This document shows positions 52,335 to 63,185 of a DNA stretch of 64,000 nt, one piece after another; the first letter of the stretch is position 1, and every line of letters begins with the position of its first letter. Source of the stretch: Myxococcota bacterium (GTDB lineage: Bacteria; Myxococcota_A; SURF-8; G963663525); NCBI GenBank assembly GCA_963676915.2, contig CAXXVK010000010.1:1-64000 (forward strand). Direction: 5' to 3'. Both the position numbers and the translations under genes were made by a program. The notes under the pieces were generated by a model, which was given only the letters and a program-made list of their open reading frames with translations, was not told where the DNA came from and did no database searches.

Positions 52335-53183
52335 CTACTTGATCAGATGTTGCAGGCTTTCGATGTTTTCCCCGACGGTTTCGGTTACGTCGGCTACTGT
52401 CTCGACCGTCAAGCCGAGTCGCTCGATGCTCATCGGCAGAATACTTCGAAAAATATCCTCCGGATCGCTTTCTTGTTCCAGTCCGTGAGCCAGACGGTCG
52501 GCGACATGAACGAGGTCGATCCTTTGGATATCGCAGGAGGAGGGTGCCCAGTGCGTCAAGTGGTGCCAGCGTGCCGCATGGGCGATGGAATCGGGAAGAT
52601 TCCAGTGGGAGGCTACTAGCGAACCGATACCGCTGTGATTCGTTCCCATAATTTTGTCTTCGATATCCAGAATGCCGCTTTCTCCCTGGATGACAGGCAG
52701 GTCGTTTTCCATTGGGTGGGATTCGAGGAACTGGGCGATGGCCAGTTTTCCCATGTCGTGAAGCAGGCCCGCTGTAAACAGCATTTCCACCGGGGGAAGT
52801 TTCAGTGTTTCAACGAGTTGTTCGGCGATGACCGCTGTAGAGGAGCAATGGTGCCAGTACCGTTGGCTGTCCAGGTCGTATCCGGCGAGTTTTTTGGGAA
52901 TCGTTTTCGAAAACGACAGACTCAGAGCCAGTTCGAACACCCGTTGAGTTCCCAGCAGTGTGATGGCCTGCCGAACGTCGCCAACTTCGCGCTGACATCC
53001 GAAATAGGAGGAATTGGCCAGGCGGAGAAGATTGGCGGTCAGAGCAGGGTCTCTTTGTATCACCCGTTCGTAATCTGTGGCATTGCTCGTTTCTCGTTGG
53101 GTCAATTCGCATAACTGCCCGATAGAACTGGACAACGTTCTGAAATTGAGGATCGAGGCAATGATTTTCATTTTAATGTTCAT
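52335..53183 (-). CDS. HDOD domain protein
   Basis: DPALTANLLRLANS, AITLLG, YWHH, AGLLHDMGKL, WNLP...HH. Confidence 0.9.
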   Translation of the reverse strand: MNIKMKIIASILNFRTLSSSIGQLCELTQRETSNATDYERVIQRDPALTANLLRLANSSYFGCQREVGDVRQAITLLGTQRVFELALSLSFSKTIPKKLAGYDLDSQRYWHHCSSTAVIAEQLVETLKLPPVEMLFTAGLLHDMGKLAIAQFLESHPMENDLPVIQGESGILDIEDKIMGTNHSGIGSLVASHWNLPDSIAHAARWHHLTHWAPSSCDIQRIDLVHVADRLAHGLEQESDPEDIFRSILPMSIERLGLTVETVADVTETVGENIESLQHLIK

Positions 53184-53383
53184 GAAATGCTTTATTCTGT
53201 CTTTGAATCAAAGACAATGCAATCCGTCTACGAAACAATGTCTTGCTTCAGACTTAATTGATCGGACGCTTTTCAGGTAAGTGAAATCGAAGAAGCAAGA
53301 TTCCTAAAGTAGCATCTCTTTTCGTCACATTTTAGCATCCTTGAATATGTCAATAATTCAAAGATGTTATTGAGGTATGATTC

Positions 53384-54295
53384 TCAGCCGACAGGTTCGA
53401 AAGGATCCAAAATCTCCTTGAATGGATCGGTTTGGCGCAGATGGATGCGGGTAATCCAGCGGCTGAGCATTCGTACCATAATCATGTCGTTGGTCTGAGT
53501 TCGATGGGCGAAACTGAATTCAGCCATTTTTTCGATACAGGTTTTGTTGCCGATGCAGGGTTGGGTGGCGTCCCAGATTTCCGTGACCGGTTCCGGGTCG
53601 GCGCTTCCGGTCAATACGGAAGGCAGCAGGCGATTCAAACCGTAATAGACGGAATCGACACGATGGGGAGCAAGCGCGTCCATGGTTTCGCGCTGGTCGG
53701 CGGCCAGGCGAACTCCTGCCGTCGCGAAACGGGAGGTGATCTGGTGCTCGGGGTGTCCGGTGAATCCGTGAAACGGGTCGAAGGTCAGCACAATGTCCGG
53801 CTTGAAGCGTCGGATGGCGTTGGCGCAGATGCGATCGGGTGCTGCCTGATCGGCCCAGATACGGGCGATTTCATGGCGTTTTGGGAACGACTCGACCGGC
53901 AGGGAAGCATTGAACAAAGCGTGGTGTTCCAATTCCGCATGATACAATGCTGCGGCACGTTTCATTTCACGGGCGCGGATGGTTTTAACATCCGGTTTGC
54001 AGCCTTCGGGAAGGCAGCACTCGCCGCCGTCTCCATGCGTAAATATCAGAAAATACAAGGGGTTATTCAATAGAAGGCTGGACTTAGCCATGATTGCGCC
54101 AACCAGGGCTTCATCGTCGGGATGAGCCGCTACCCACATGACGCGAGCGCCTTCTTCCAACTTTCGGTCGATACTCGACGGACGGTTTGGCACCGTCGGT
54201 GTGGTGGCACATCCGGTATGCAGATTTCCCAGAGCTAAACCGCCGGTTGCTGTCAATCCTCGTTTAAGAAAAGTACGTCGATCGATTCCTGGCAT
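53384..54295 (-). CDS. Tat-exported PIG-L/LmbE-family deacetylase (probable lipoprotein)
   Basis: DRRTFLK twin-Arg signal, TGC, AHPDDE, THGDGG, R..E, GHPEH. Confidence 0.87.
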   Translation of the reverse strand: MPGIDRRTFLKRGLTATGGLALGNLHTGCATTPTVPNRPSSIDRKLEEGARVMWVAAHPDDEALVGAIMAKSSLLLNNPLYFLIFTHGDGGECCLPEGCKPDVKTIRAREMKRAAALYHAELEHHALFNASLPVESFPKRHEIARIWADQAAPDRICANAIRRFKPDIVLTFDPFHGFTGHPEHQITSRFATAGVRLAADQRETMDALAPHRVDSVYYGLNRLLPSVLTGSADPEPVTEIWDATQPCIGNKTCIEKMAEFSFAHRTQTNDMIMVRMLSRWITRIHLRQTDPFKEILDPFEPVG

Positions 54296-54444
54296 TGTGC
54301 AATAACTTTCTTGTGTTGAATTCGTCAAATCGTCTATAATGATTCGCCATGTTGACAAAAGAACGAATGATTCGTCAAAATTATATGCTTTCTAACGTTG
54401 GCATGCAAACGAAACGGGACTAGAGAGAACGAACCAAGGGGAAT

Positions 54445-56232
54445 ATGAACATGATGGTGCAATCCGAATATGCAAACAAGAGTGGCTTTCTCGGTATTCA
54501 GAGAATACTGCTGGGAGGAATGCTGGTACTTTTGTTGCTGGGATGCGGTCCGAGGGAGTTTTACAAGGGAGACGTGCCATTCAAAGAAGGACGATTCGAC
54601 GATGCCATTGCCGAGTATCGTATCGAAATGATCCAGACCAAAAACGAGGAAGAACGGGTCATTTTACGTGAGAAGCTGGATCAGGCACTCGCCGCCGGAG
54701 CGGATTGGTATTACGACGATGGTTTCAAAAAAGCCGAGGCGGGGGATGTCAAAGGATCGATCGTCTGCTTTAAAAAAGCCCTGGAATACAATCCCGATCA
54801 CTTCGCCGCACAGATCATGTTGGAAGAGCAAACCCGGATTCTCGACAAAAGCGGCCAGTTGCGCGATCAAATCAAAAAACACCTTCAAGTCCTGCAAAAA
54901 GAGGATAAACCCAGCGAAAACGAGAAAGAGTGGCGGGCGCTACTCGTCGAGATCGACAGTTACCTGGAAGGCTATTCTCCAGACCCCGAAATCGAATCGC
55001 TGCGCGATATCACCGTTCGTGTGATTTTCGAGCAGGAATTCAAGGCGGGTCGCCTGGCTATGCAAAATCGTGACTACAAAACGGCGATTACCAATTTCGA
55101 GGCGGCGCTTTTGCTAAAGCCGGCAGATGAAGTCACTCAGCGGTTGTTGGCCGAAGCGAAAGAAAAGTGGGAGGAAGCACAGAAAGAAGGAATGCCTCCG
55201 TACCGCAAGCCGGAAATCGTCGAAAAAGTTCTCAAGCAAGCCAAAGCTCATTACAAAAAGAAAGAGTATCGTGAAGCGCTCGTGCTGGTCGAGCAGATCG
55301 CTCCCGATCTGGAAGATCGAAAACTGCAAAAGAAAGTCAAGGCAGCGCAGAAACGGTATCGGACAAAATATGTTCGCCTGTTGGATCTCAAAGCGAAAAC
55401 CAATCTGAAACAGCAGCGTCCTGCGGTGGCGGCTCTTTGTTACAGATTGGCGCAAGCCATTATTACCGGAGGGAAACCCGACGCCAAGAAAGGGAAAAAA
55501 TACGCCAAAAAGGCTCAGATCGCCTTGAAGAAAGCTGCGAAAGGTTCGAATTATTCCGTGGCTCTGGCTCCCTTGAAGGCTACCGAAAGTCTGGACGAAA
55601 AAGCGGCTGGGAAGTTGACGAAACAATTGTATCGTTCGTTGCAGAAGACGCTGAAAGGAAAACCCTTCAAGTCCGAGAAAATCCGGCTGAAAAAGCCCAA
55701 AAAGGGTAAAGCCGATTCCAAAGCCAAAGGTGAGCTGGATCTTTCGTTGCAAGCGTTCGAAACCAGCATGGAAGGAAAAAAGGGTAGCTATTCGTTAAAA
55801 GCTCAGATCACCTTGTCGGATCGGGCTACCGACTTCGCTATCGGTCCGAAAGTATTGAAGGTTTCGGGAGAAACAAAGCTGAAAGGCAAAGACAAGCAGA
55901 CGATACTGTTTAAAGCTTTGGCCAAAGATTTCGGCAAGGCGTTGAAAACGGAAATGAAGGATAAACTCGACCTTTCCGGACGGTACATCAAGCTGCTAGC
56001 CGTAGCTCAGGGGGATGAATTGCTTGAAGCGTCGGTTCGGGTGATTCAACTTCAGGACCGCCACAAAGACGCCGATGCCGTGGAACGGGCAAAAACCATC
56101 ATCGTCAACTGGCTTGGGTTGAACTGGGATACCCTGCATTACAATCCAACACAATTGCCGAAAGTGGACGGGAAAAAAGGGAAAGGCTTCCAGCAGGTGG
56201 AATCACTGCCGTTCCCGGCAACGCTTCCGTAG
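54445..56232 (+). CDS. TPR-repeat lipoprotein with Lys-rich C-terminal half
   Basis: Lipobox LLLLGC; TPR-like segments FKKALEYNPDH and FEAALLLKP. Confidence 0.72.
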   Translation: MNMMVQSEYANKSGFLGIQRILLGGMLVLLLLGCGPREFYKGDVPFKEGRFDDAIAEYRIEMIQTKNEEERVILREKLDQALAAGADWYYDDGFKKAEAGDVKGSIVCFKKALEYNPDHFAAQIMLEEQTRILDKSGQLRDQIKKHLQVLQKEDKPSENEKEWRALLVEIDSYLEGYSPDPEIESLRDITVRVIFEQEFKAGRLAMQNRDYKTAITNFEAALLLKPADEVTQRLLAEAKEKWEEAQKEGMPPYRKPEIVEKVLKQAKAHYKKKEYREALVLVEQIAPDLEDRKLQKKVKAAQKRYRTKYVRLLDLKAKTNLKQQRPAVAALCYRLAQAIITGGKPDAKKGKKYAKKAQIALKKAAKGSNYSVALAPLKATESLDEKAAGKLTKQLYRSLQKTLKGKPFKSEKIRLKKPKKGKADSKAKGELDLSLQAFETSMEGKKGSYSLKAQITLSDRATDFAIGPKVLKVSGETKLKGKDKQTILFKALAKDFGKALKTEMKDKLDLSGRYIKLLAVAQGDELLEASVRVIQLQDRHKDADAVERAKTIIVNWLGLNWDTLHYNPTQLPKVDGKKGKGFQQVESLPFPATLP

Positions 56233-56262
56233 AATGCGGTAAAATTTTCAAAGAAGCATCTC

Positions 56263-56300
56263 AAGCCCTTCGGTATTTCTGCCGGAGGGTTTTTCGTTTT
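56263..56300 (+). terminator. Probable terminator
   Basis: CCCTTCGGTA...TGCCGGAGGG followed by TTTTTCGTTTT. Confidence 0.55.
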
Positions 56301-56505
56301 CGACGTTTCTTGCGTCAAAAGGACGTTTTCGGCGTGAAAATACCCTTTCGTGCGTTTGAATTTCCACCGAAGATGGGGTAGGATTCAAAAACGGTCTGCT
56401 GCTCCATGGGACAGGCACAGGCCGGACGATTCGCAACCATAGCATGCAAGTGAAAACCGGTAAATCGGCGTTCGACGGACGGCGGTCACCGGGGGAGGAG
56501 GAGGC

Positions 56506-57987
56506 TTGAAGGTTTGGCAACAGATTGAGACCAAGATCCGGGCCGGTCATCCTTACATCTACCTCGTCAGCCCGGAGGAAGAGCGTATCCGTGTGGAATT
56601 GCAGCGCCTTGCGGGTGTTGTGCGAAAATATTTCACACGCTGGAGCGCGTACAACGGGTTCGAGCCGGAACCGCCAGCCTCTGCCGATGCCGACAATCCC
56701 ATCGGTTTTCTCGAAACCTGTTCTCAACCGACGTTTCTGGTACTGCACGATTTCCACCTGCGGATGCGGGAAGAATGGACGATGCGGCAGTTGATCGACC
56801 TGCGTTCTCAGATGCGTAGACTGGGGCATGTGGTGGTGGTTACCGCACCTCGAGTAGCGTTGCCGGTGGAAGTGCAGAAGCAGTTCGCGATATTGGAGGT
56901 TCCTTTACCCGACGTGGACGAATTGTTGGTGCTGTACAAGCAGGTTGCTCGGTATCGTACGAAAGAAACAACGCCCGAATTCGCCGAAATCATGGCTCGG
57001 GCCGCCAAAGGATTGACCGCCGAGGAAGCCAACCTTGCTTTTCGACAGATTACGCTGAATACCGAACAAACCGAGTCCGAGGAAATCCGTACCGTTATCG
57101 CCGAAAAACGGCGTCTGCTCGAAGCGGACGGCGTGCTGGAATTCTTCGACCCGGAGTATAATCTCGAAGATATCGGAGGGTTGGCCGCGCTGAAATCCTG
57201 GCTTCAGGAGCGCTCGAAAGCTTTCGACGAAAGCGCACGGGCCTTCGGTCTACCCGAACCCAAAGGAATGCTGCTATTGGGCGTGCAAGGCTGCGGTAAA
57301 TCGCTTTCAGCGCGTTGTGTGGCGGGGCATTGGAACCTTCCACTCGTTCGTCTGGATATGGGAGCCTTGCGTTTCGGTGGCAAAGCACCCGAAGAAACCC
57401 TGCGGCAGACTTTGCGGACGCTCGAAGCTTTAAGTCCTCTTGTGCTGTGGATCGACGAAATCGAAAAAGGTTTTGCCGGGACCGGTGGAGAAAGTGTTAC
57501 TTCCGAAGATCAACGGGTGCTGGGGTATTTCCTCACCTGGCTTCAGGAAAAAGAGCAACCCGTTTTCGTTGTTTCCACCGCCAACGACGTTTCGAAACTA
57601 CCTCCTGAACTGTTGCGAAAGGGCCGTTTCGACGAGATTTTCTTCGTCGACCTCCCCGACGAACAGGAGCGCCGGGACATCCTGACCATTCACCTCGACA
57701 AGCGCGGGGTGAGTACCTCGGACCTGGATCTTGAAGAGCTGGCCGAAGTGTCGCGCAACTTTACCGGAGCAGAGTTGGAACAGGTAGTTATCGATTCCCT
57801 GTATCGGGCGTTCGGACGCAACCAGGGTGTGACCCGCGAAGACCTGATTCATACGATTCAGACCTCCGTTCCGTTGTATCGGACCAGCGAGGAACAAATC
57901 AAGGCGCTGCGTGACTGGTGTCAGGATCGGGCGCGGCAGGCGTCGCAGGATACCTCGTTGATGGATCTGTTCCAGAAAGAATCCTGA
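56506..57987 (+). CDS. Ycf46-like AAA+ ATPase
   Basis: GGAGGAGG RBS with TTG start; [57 protein letters not shown]. Confidence 0.9.
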   Translation: MKVWQQIETKIRAGHPYIYLVSPEEERIRVELQRLAGVVRKYFTRWSAYNGFEPEPPASADADNPIGFLETCSQPTFLVLHDFHLRMREEWTMRQLIDLRSQMRRLGHVVVVTAPRVALPVEVQKQFAILEVPLPDVDELLVLYKQVARYRTKETTPEFAEIMARAAKGLTAEEANLAFRQITLNTEQTESEEIRTVIAEKRRLLEADGVLEFFDPEYNLEDIGGLAALKSWLQERSKAFDESARAFGLPEPKGMLLLGVQGCGKSLSARCVAGHWNLPLVRLDMGALRFGGKAPEETLRQTLRTLEALSPLVLWIDEIEKGFAGTGGESVTSEDQRVLGYFLTWLQEKEQPVFVVSTANDVSKLPPELLRKGRFDEIFFVDLPDEQERRDILTIHLDKRGVSTSDLDLEELAEVSRNFTGAELEQVVIDSLYRAFGRNQGVTREDLIHTIQTSVPLYRTSEEQIKALRDWCQDRARQASQDTSLMDLFQKES

Positions 57988-58003
57988 ACCTGAAAGCTGT
58001 ATA

Positions 58004-58912
58004 ATGATGAATCTCGGTCAGGAACCGCCGGAAAATCAGCCGGATGCTCTCGAACCTAACGTTGTGGATTCGGAACGTAGAAACGAAGACCCCCCTCGGC
58101 AGGATTCAACGGTTTGGGATCGGGTGTTTGCGCTGCTGTTTCTGGCCATCGCCGGGGTGGCTTTGGTGTTTTCCGGGCGGGCGGTGTCGTCTCATGGCGT
58201 GCTTAGCGTGCTGGCATACCCTGCGCCCACACCCGAGTTGGCTTGGTCACAAGTTGTTGATTATCTTCCTGTTTTTCGTAAACCGTTTCCCAATCCTCCA
58301 ACGCCGCAGGTAGAAATTTTCCGCACGGCTCTGGGAATGGACCTGTTGCAGGAAGCCGTTTTCGACACGTTCGTGCCGCTTTCGGAAAAACTGGCCGGAG
58401 TTTCGAAAGAACAGGGCAAAGAAGTCTATGTTTCGTTGCTGATCGACAAAAAATCCCACATGCTCAACGTTCTGGCCAACGGACATGTGGTGAAACGCTA
58501 TCTCGTGTCGTTCGGTCTGAATTATCGCGCCGGTCCCAAACGACGCCGTGACGATTTGCAGACGCCGAGCGGAACCTATTACATCTTGAACAAAATCGAA
58601 CAGGACGCCCGAGGGGCGCGCCTCGTGTTGAGCTATCCGAATCTCATCGATCTGGCCGAAGCGGTCAAAGCCGGGGTGTTGACGCAAAAACGCTTTGGTG
58701 AACTTAAAGAGGCTTCAGAAAAAAAACGCTACGTTCCTCCTCCAGAAATGGGGCAAGTGTCGATTATCGCAGGAGAAAACCCCTTGCGTGTCGTGAAGGA
58801 CCGGTTGGTGTTCGATAATGTTTCCGACGGTTCGGTTTCCATGAACCGCCAGGATTTTGGCGAGTTGTTTTCTCTTCTTCCGGTGGGAACCCGAGTGACG
58901 ATACAGGATTGA
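58004..58912 (+). CDS. Membrane-anchored YkuD/L,D-transpeptidase-fold protein, catalytic residues degenerate
   Basis: TM helix; IDKKSHML, GPKRRRDDLQTPSGTY, LSYPN..D, SDGSVSM, VGTRVTI. Confidence 0.75.
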   Translation: MMNLGQEPPENQPDALEPNVVDSERRNEDPPRQDSTVWDRVFALLFLAIAGVALVFSGRAVSSHGVLSVLAYPAPTPELAWSQVVDYLPVFRKPFPNPPTPQVEIFRTALGMDLLQEAVFDTFVPLSEKLAGVSKEQGKEVYVSLLIDKKSHMLNVLANGHVVKRYLVSFGLNYRAGPKRRRDDLQTPSGTYYILNKIEQDARGARLVLSYPNLIDLAEAVKAGVLTQKRFGELKEASEKKRYVPPPEMGQVSIIAGENPLRVVKDRLVFDNVSDGSVSMNRQDFGELFSLLPVGTRVTIQD

Positions 58913-58914
58913 TC

Positions 58915-59496
58915 ATGGATATCAAAACGGAAAAAAACACGTTACGTCGTGATGCGCTGGCTCGTAGAGACGCTATGAGCGAGGAAGAACGCAAGCAAAA
59001 ATCCCAGGCTATTGCCCGGCGTTTGCTGGGGTTTTCCGTTCTGCAGGAGCACTCCTGCATTCACGCCTTCGCCTCGTTTCGTTCCGAAGTCAACACCTAC
59101 GGACTTCTGGATTCGCTCTGGATGGAAGGCAAGCGCGTGGTGATGCCGGTGATCGACACCAAAACCCGAACCATGTTCAACAAAGACGTGGCCGGTATAG
59201 AGGAACTTTCCTCGGGATACATGGGGATTCCCGAGCCTTCTTTGGAGTTACCCGAGGTGCCCCCGGAGGACATCGAAATCATCCTGACGCCCGGAGCAGC
59301 TTTTGACGCCCACGGCGGACGCATCGGGTACGGCGGCGGATACTACGACCGTCTGATGGCGTCATCCGACGCGGTGCGTATCGCTCTGGCCTTCGATGCT
59401 CAACTGGTCGGCAAGGTTCCCCGTGAATCCCACGATCTGGCCGTCCACGCCATTGTCACCGAAAGCACTGTCATTCGCTGCGGTGAATGGAGTTGA
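58915..59496 (+). CDS. ygfA: 5-formyltetrahydrofolate cyclo-ligase
   Basis: EVNT, GIPEP, PGAAFD..G.RIGYGGGYYDR, ESHD. Confidence 0.93.
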   Translation: MDIKTEKNTLRRDALARRDAMSEEERKQKSQAIARRLLGFSVLQEHSCIHAFASFRSEVNTYGLLDSLWMEGKRVVMPVIDTKTRTMFNKDVAGIEELSSGYMGIPEPSLELPEVPPEDIEIILTPGAAFDAHGGRIGYGGGYYDRLMASSDAVRIALAFDAQLVGKVPRESHDLAVHAIVTESTVIRCGEWS

Positions 59497-59844
59497 TGAG
59501 GAATGCTTGTAACCTGTTGATATCGCACGATTTTACATTGGATCAGGGCTTCCGGCCTATTCCTTGGATTCATGCTATCGGGTTCGAATCCAGACGTGAA
59601 ATGGAACGTTCAAATCGGGAAACCTGAATCAACGGTTTTGTGAGGAAAGGGAGACGAGATTTTATCTCTCCCACCCCTCACACTACTCTTGCCAAAACCA
59701 AATCCTTCTCTTACACTTTACGGGATGAACTTGGGGGTTCTTCGACAGACCGAAGGGGGGCGGTTCCGCCGAATGGTTTTCGAAGACGGATCGGAAGCGT
59801 GCGGTAAACACCGGCGATTTACGGTCGTTTGAAAAAGGATCATA

Positions 59845-62406
59845 GTGCCTATGAACGTTTCGCCTGTTTGCATCGTGAGTCGTCCCGTGTGGCGATGGGC
59901 TGTGGTTTGCTTTGTGTTGGTTTTGAGTGCCTGTTCCAACGATTCTCCGTCGTATTCGAACCAGCAGGATACCGATGGAGAGAACGAAATTCCGGCGGAT
60001 ATCGACGAAGATGCGGTTTCGGAAACCGAGGCTGATATCGAGGCAGACATGGAGCCGGTAGAGTCCGACTCGGAGCCGGTAGAAATCGAACAGGATTCCG
60101 ATCTTGATCCTGATCCGGTCGAGCAGGAAGAAGACGTGGTCGAATACGGGCTGCGTATCAACGAAGTTGCGGCTGCCGGAGAGCCGTTCGACTGGTTCGA
60201 ACTGTACAATACGACAGACCACGCGATTGCCCTCGCCGGGCTTCGATTCGGCGACAACATCGGCGACGAAGCCTCCGCCGTGGCGTTTCCCGAGGGTGCT
60301 ACGGTAGAAGCCGGGGGCTTTTATCTCGTGTCGTTCGAAGAGGACTGGCCCGGCTTCGGTTTGGGACAGAAAGAGGAACTCGCGCTCTTTACCCAAAATG
60401 GGAGCGTGCTCGATTCGGTGGATTGGGCGGAGGGCGACAGCCCGGAAGGCAAATCGTACGGACGCCTGCCCGATGGCACGGGCGCGTTTCGGACCTTGGA
60501 CATTCCCTCGCCGGGAGCGACCAACGAGGGCGGAGTCATTCCCCCGACCTTGGTCATCAATGAACTGGCGGCCAACGGGACACCTAACGATTGGTTCGAG
60601 CTGTTCAACGCGACGGATGAAGCCATCGATTTGAACGGCTACCAATTCACCGACGACCTGATTTCGATGTCCAACCTCTCGGCATTTCCGGCGGATACCG
60701 TCGTGGAATCGGGGGGATACGTGGTGTTTACGCTGACGAATGTCTGGCCCGGTTTCAAGCTGGGATCGAGCGAGGAGCTTGGGGTGCTCGACCCGGATGG
60801 CGAGTGGGTCGATTCGGTGGATTGGAACTCGGATGACAGCCCGGAAGGGAAATCCTACGGACGTTTACCCGACGGTACTGGTGGATTCGAAACTTTCGAT
60901 ACGCCTACGCCCGGTGCTTCCAACGAAAACGGATCGCTACCTGGAGATAGCGATCAGGAGGAGGAAGAGACGGTTGTCGTGGATCTCGGGTGCAGCTCCG
61001 AATTCGGCTGTGCCTGGGACGAAGGTTGCACTTCTCAGGGTTGTGGAAGCTGTGAAAGCGGCAATGCCTGCAAGACGCTCGAAGGTTGTCTGCCGGACGG
61101 TCATTGCGGAGCTTGCACGGAGAATGAGCAATGTGCCGACGGAACGGTCTGTCGTTCAGGCTTTTGCTTCCCGGTGACCCTGCCGCAGTGGTCGTTGACC
61201 ATCGATCCTGACCGTTGGGCCGAGATGCGGGCGAGTCCATACGACGACATCTGGACCGAGTGCGAACTCGAAGTGGATGGCGTCACGTACAACGAAGGGT
61301 GTACGGTGCGCCTGCTGGGAGGAACGAGCCGAGGGTTTCGAAAAAAATCTTTTCGCGTCGAGTTTTCCTCGACGATGCCGCATCCGGGATTCTCCAATAA
61401 AATCAACCTACGTGCAGAGTATGACGACCCCTCGTTTTTACGCACTTTTGTGGGATATGAAGTTTTTCGTCGTTTGACCGATCTACCCACGCCGCGGGCG
61501 CATTTCGTACAGCTTCAGTTTAACGGAGAAATGTACGGCCTGATGCTGGAAGTCGAGCGTATCGACGGCGAATTTCTCGATGCACGCGGCTTGGATTCCG
61601 ATCAGAGCATGTATGAGGCCGACAGTCCTGTGGAGTATACCTCACTGGGGATTTCGAATTTGGTGCCCTTGCCGGAAACCTCTTTGTATCCGATAGGTTA
61701 CGACAAGAAAACCGGCGAGTCGGACGACTACACGGACCTGATTGATTTAATCGAAAATCACATCTGGCTCGACTATCTCGACGCCCCGGATGCTCCGATG
61801 ACCACCGACCGTACCGCCGCAGCCATCGACATGGATCGATACCTGCGCTATCTCGCCGTTATGGGAGCGATCCAGAACCACGACCATGTGCGCAAAAACT
61901 ATTTTCTCTCTTGGCAGATGGATGCCAATGGCGAATATTTTTGGGAATTCTACCCGTGGGATCTCAATCTGACTTTCGGTTGTCTCTGGACCGAAGAATT
62001 CGACACGATCTGCAATAGTCAGGATACGAGCGTAGAGGAACCGTATACGTTGATTTACAACGAGGATTATATGCCGGGTCGTTATCTGTGGGATGGAGAT
62101 CCTGGATATGAGGTTCTGCCAAGCTTTTATAACCTGTTGATTCACCTGGCTTTATCCGATCCTGACACAAAGGCTCGTTTCGACGAACACCTTTGCGACA
62201 TTTTGCAAAGTTCCTTTTGGAACGACCGCCTCCCGTTGTTGATCGACGGCCTACAAACGACGTTGAGCGATGCCGTGGCCTCCGATCCCAACGACCTCAA
62301 CCCGTCGCTTGAAACGTTTGAGGCGCACATTCAGGAATTGAAGACGTTTCCAGTGGAACGCAAGACCTATTTGCTGAACCTGCTCGGTTGTTCCGAGGGT
62401 GAATAG
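59845..62406 (+). CDS. Lipoprotein with two lamin-tail domains, Cys-rich module and CotH kinase domain
   Basis: Lipobox LSAC; two copies of INE...DWFEL.N...SYGRLPDG...PG..N; KKSFRV, DPSFLR, YGLMLEVERID, NYFL, PWDLNLTFG. Confidence 0.88.
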   Translation: MPMNVSPVCIVSRPVWRWAVVCFVLVLSACSNDSPSYSNQQDTDGENEIPADIDEDAVSETEADIEADMEPVESDSEPVEIEQDSDLDPDPVEQEEDVVEYGLRINEVAAAGEPFDWFELYNTTDHAIALAGLRFGDNIGDEASAVAFPEGATVEAGGFYLVSFEEDWPGFGLGQKEELALFTQNGSVLDSVDWAEGDSPEGKSYGRLPDGTGAFRTLDIPSPGATNEGGVIPPTLVINELAANGTPNDWFELFNATDEAIDLNGYQFTDDLISMSNLSAFPADTVVESGGYVVFTLTNVWPGFKLGSSEELGVLDPDGEWVDSVDWNSDDSPEGKSYGRLPDGTGGFETFDTPTPGASNENGSLPGDSDQEEEETVVVDLGCSSEFGCAWDEGCTSQGCGSCESGNACKTLEGCLPDGHCGACTENEQCADGTVCRSGFCFPVTLPQWSLTIDPDRWAEMRASPYDDIWTECELEVDGVTYNEGCTVRLLGGTSRGFRKKSFRVEFSSTMPHPGFSNKINLRAEYDDPSFLRTFVGYEVFRRLTDLPTPRAHFVQLQFNGEMYGLMLEVERIDGEFLDARGLDSDQSMYEADSPVEYTSLGISNLVPLPETSLYPIGYDKKTGESDDYTDLIDLIENHIWLDYLDAPDAPMTTDRTAAAIDMDRYLRYLAVMGAIQNHDHVRKNYFLSWQMDANGEYFWEFYPWDLNLTFGCLWTEEFDTICNSQDTSVEEPYTLIYNEDYMPGRYLWDGDPGYEVLPSFYNLLIHLALSDPDTKARFDEHLCDILQSSFWNDRLPLLIDGLQTTLSDAVASDPNDLNPSLETFEAHIQELKTFPVERKTYLLNLLGCSEGE
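60150..60930 (+). repeat. Intragenic duplication (~399-bp period) encoding two lamin-tail domains
   Basis: GATTCGGTGGATTGG...GACAGCCCGGAAGG.AAATC.TACGGACG occurs at 60412 and 60811. Confidence 0.8.
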
Positions 62407-62448
62407 TTTTTACGGTTCAACCATTTGTATTTCTAAGAAAGCTGAAGA

Positions 62449-62907
62449 ATGCCGAGTATTTACATCGATGCCGATGGTTGTTCCGTAAAAAACGAGGTGT
62501 ATAAAGTTTCCGGTCGTTATGGCATCAAGGTGTTTCTGGTGGCGAACCGGTATCATTTCACGCCTAAGACACCATTGGTCGAATCGGTCGTGGTCGGTAC
62601 TCAATTCGACGCGGCGGACGATTGGATTGTGGAACATATCGAACCGTATGATATTGTAATTACCTCGGATATTCCTCTGGCGGATCGATGCATCAAGGCT
62701 GGAGCGAGAGTTTTGGGTGCCAAAGGTCGCGAATTTACGGAAAATTCCATCGGTAGCGCTCTGGCTGCTCGGGATTTGAATGCACATCTTAGAGACATGG
62801 GCGTCATCAGTGGCGGACCGAAACCCATGCAAAGCAAAGACAAGTCGCGTTTTTTGTCGAAATTGGACGAAATGGTCAATGCGGCCTTGCGGGAAACCAG
62901 CGAGTAG
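62449..62907 (+). CDS. YaiI/YqxD family protein (DUF188)
   Basis: IYIDADGCSVK, DAADDWI, TSDIPLA, LR..G...GGP. Confidence 0.92.
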   Translation: MPSIYIDADGCSVKNEVYKVSGRYGIKVFLVANRYHFTPKTPLVESVVVGTQFDAADDWIVEHIEPYDIVITSDIPLADRCIKAGARVLGAKGREFTENSIGSALAARDLNAHLRDMGVISGGPKPMQSKDKSRFLSKLDEMVNAALRETSE

Positions 62908-63185
62908 AGTTGATTTTCTGCTCCAATTCACTCCATTCGGTTGTGAACCGAAACCCCTTCTACGAAAAATACATAGAAAAGAAATCTTGTGTCGAAAGTC
63001 GCTCAAGTCTTCCCGAAAAACGTCGATCAAGCTTTTAGATGGAAAAAGAACCGGACAGGATAAGAGCCGGTTTTGCATCCGATATACAACCAGGAGGTTT
63101 CAAAGGAAAGGACAACGCTATTCTTTTCGATGGGCAGGGACGCTTATCGAAGCCCGAAAGGGAAACAAGTTCAAGGAGGAACGCA

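Noticed and set aside
59505-59600. tRNA-like GGTTCGAATCC next to a perfect IHF consensus (TAACCTGTTGATA); possible att remnant or 6S RNA near ygfA
   Set aside because: No cloverleaf or acceptor stem could be built, there is no integrase or duplicated site, and no long 6S-like hairpin could be supported by eye.
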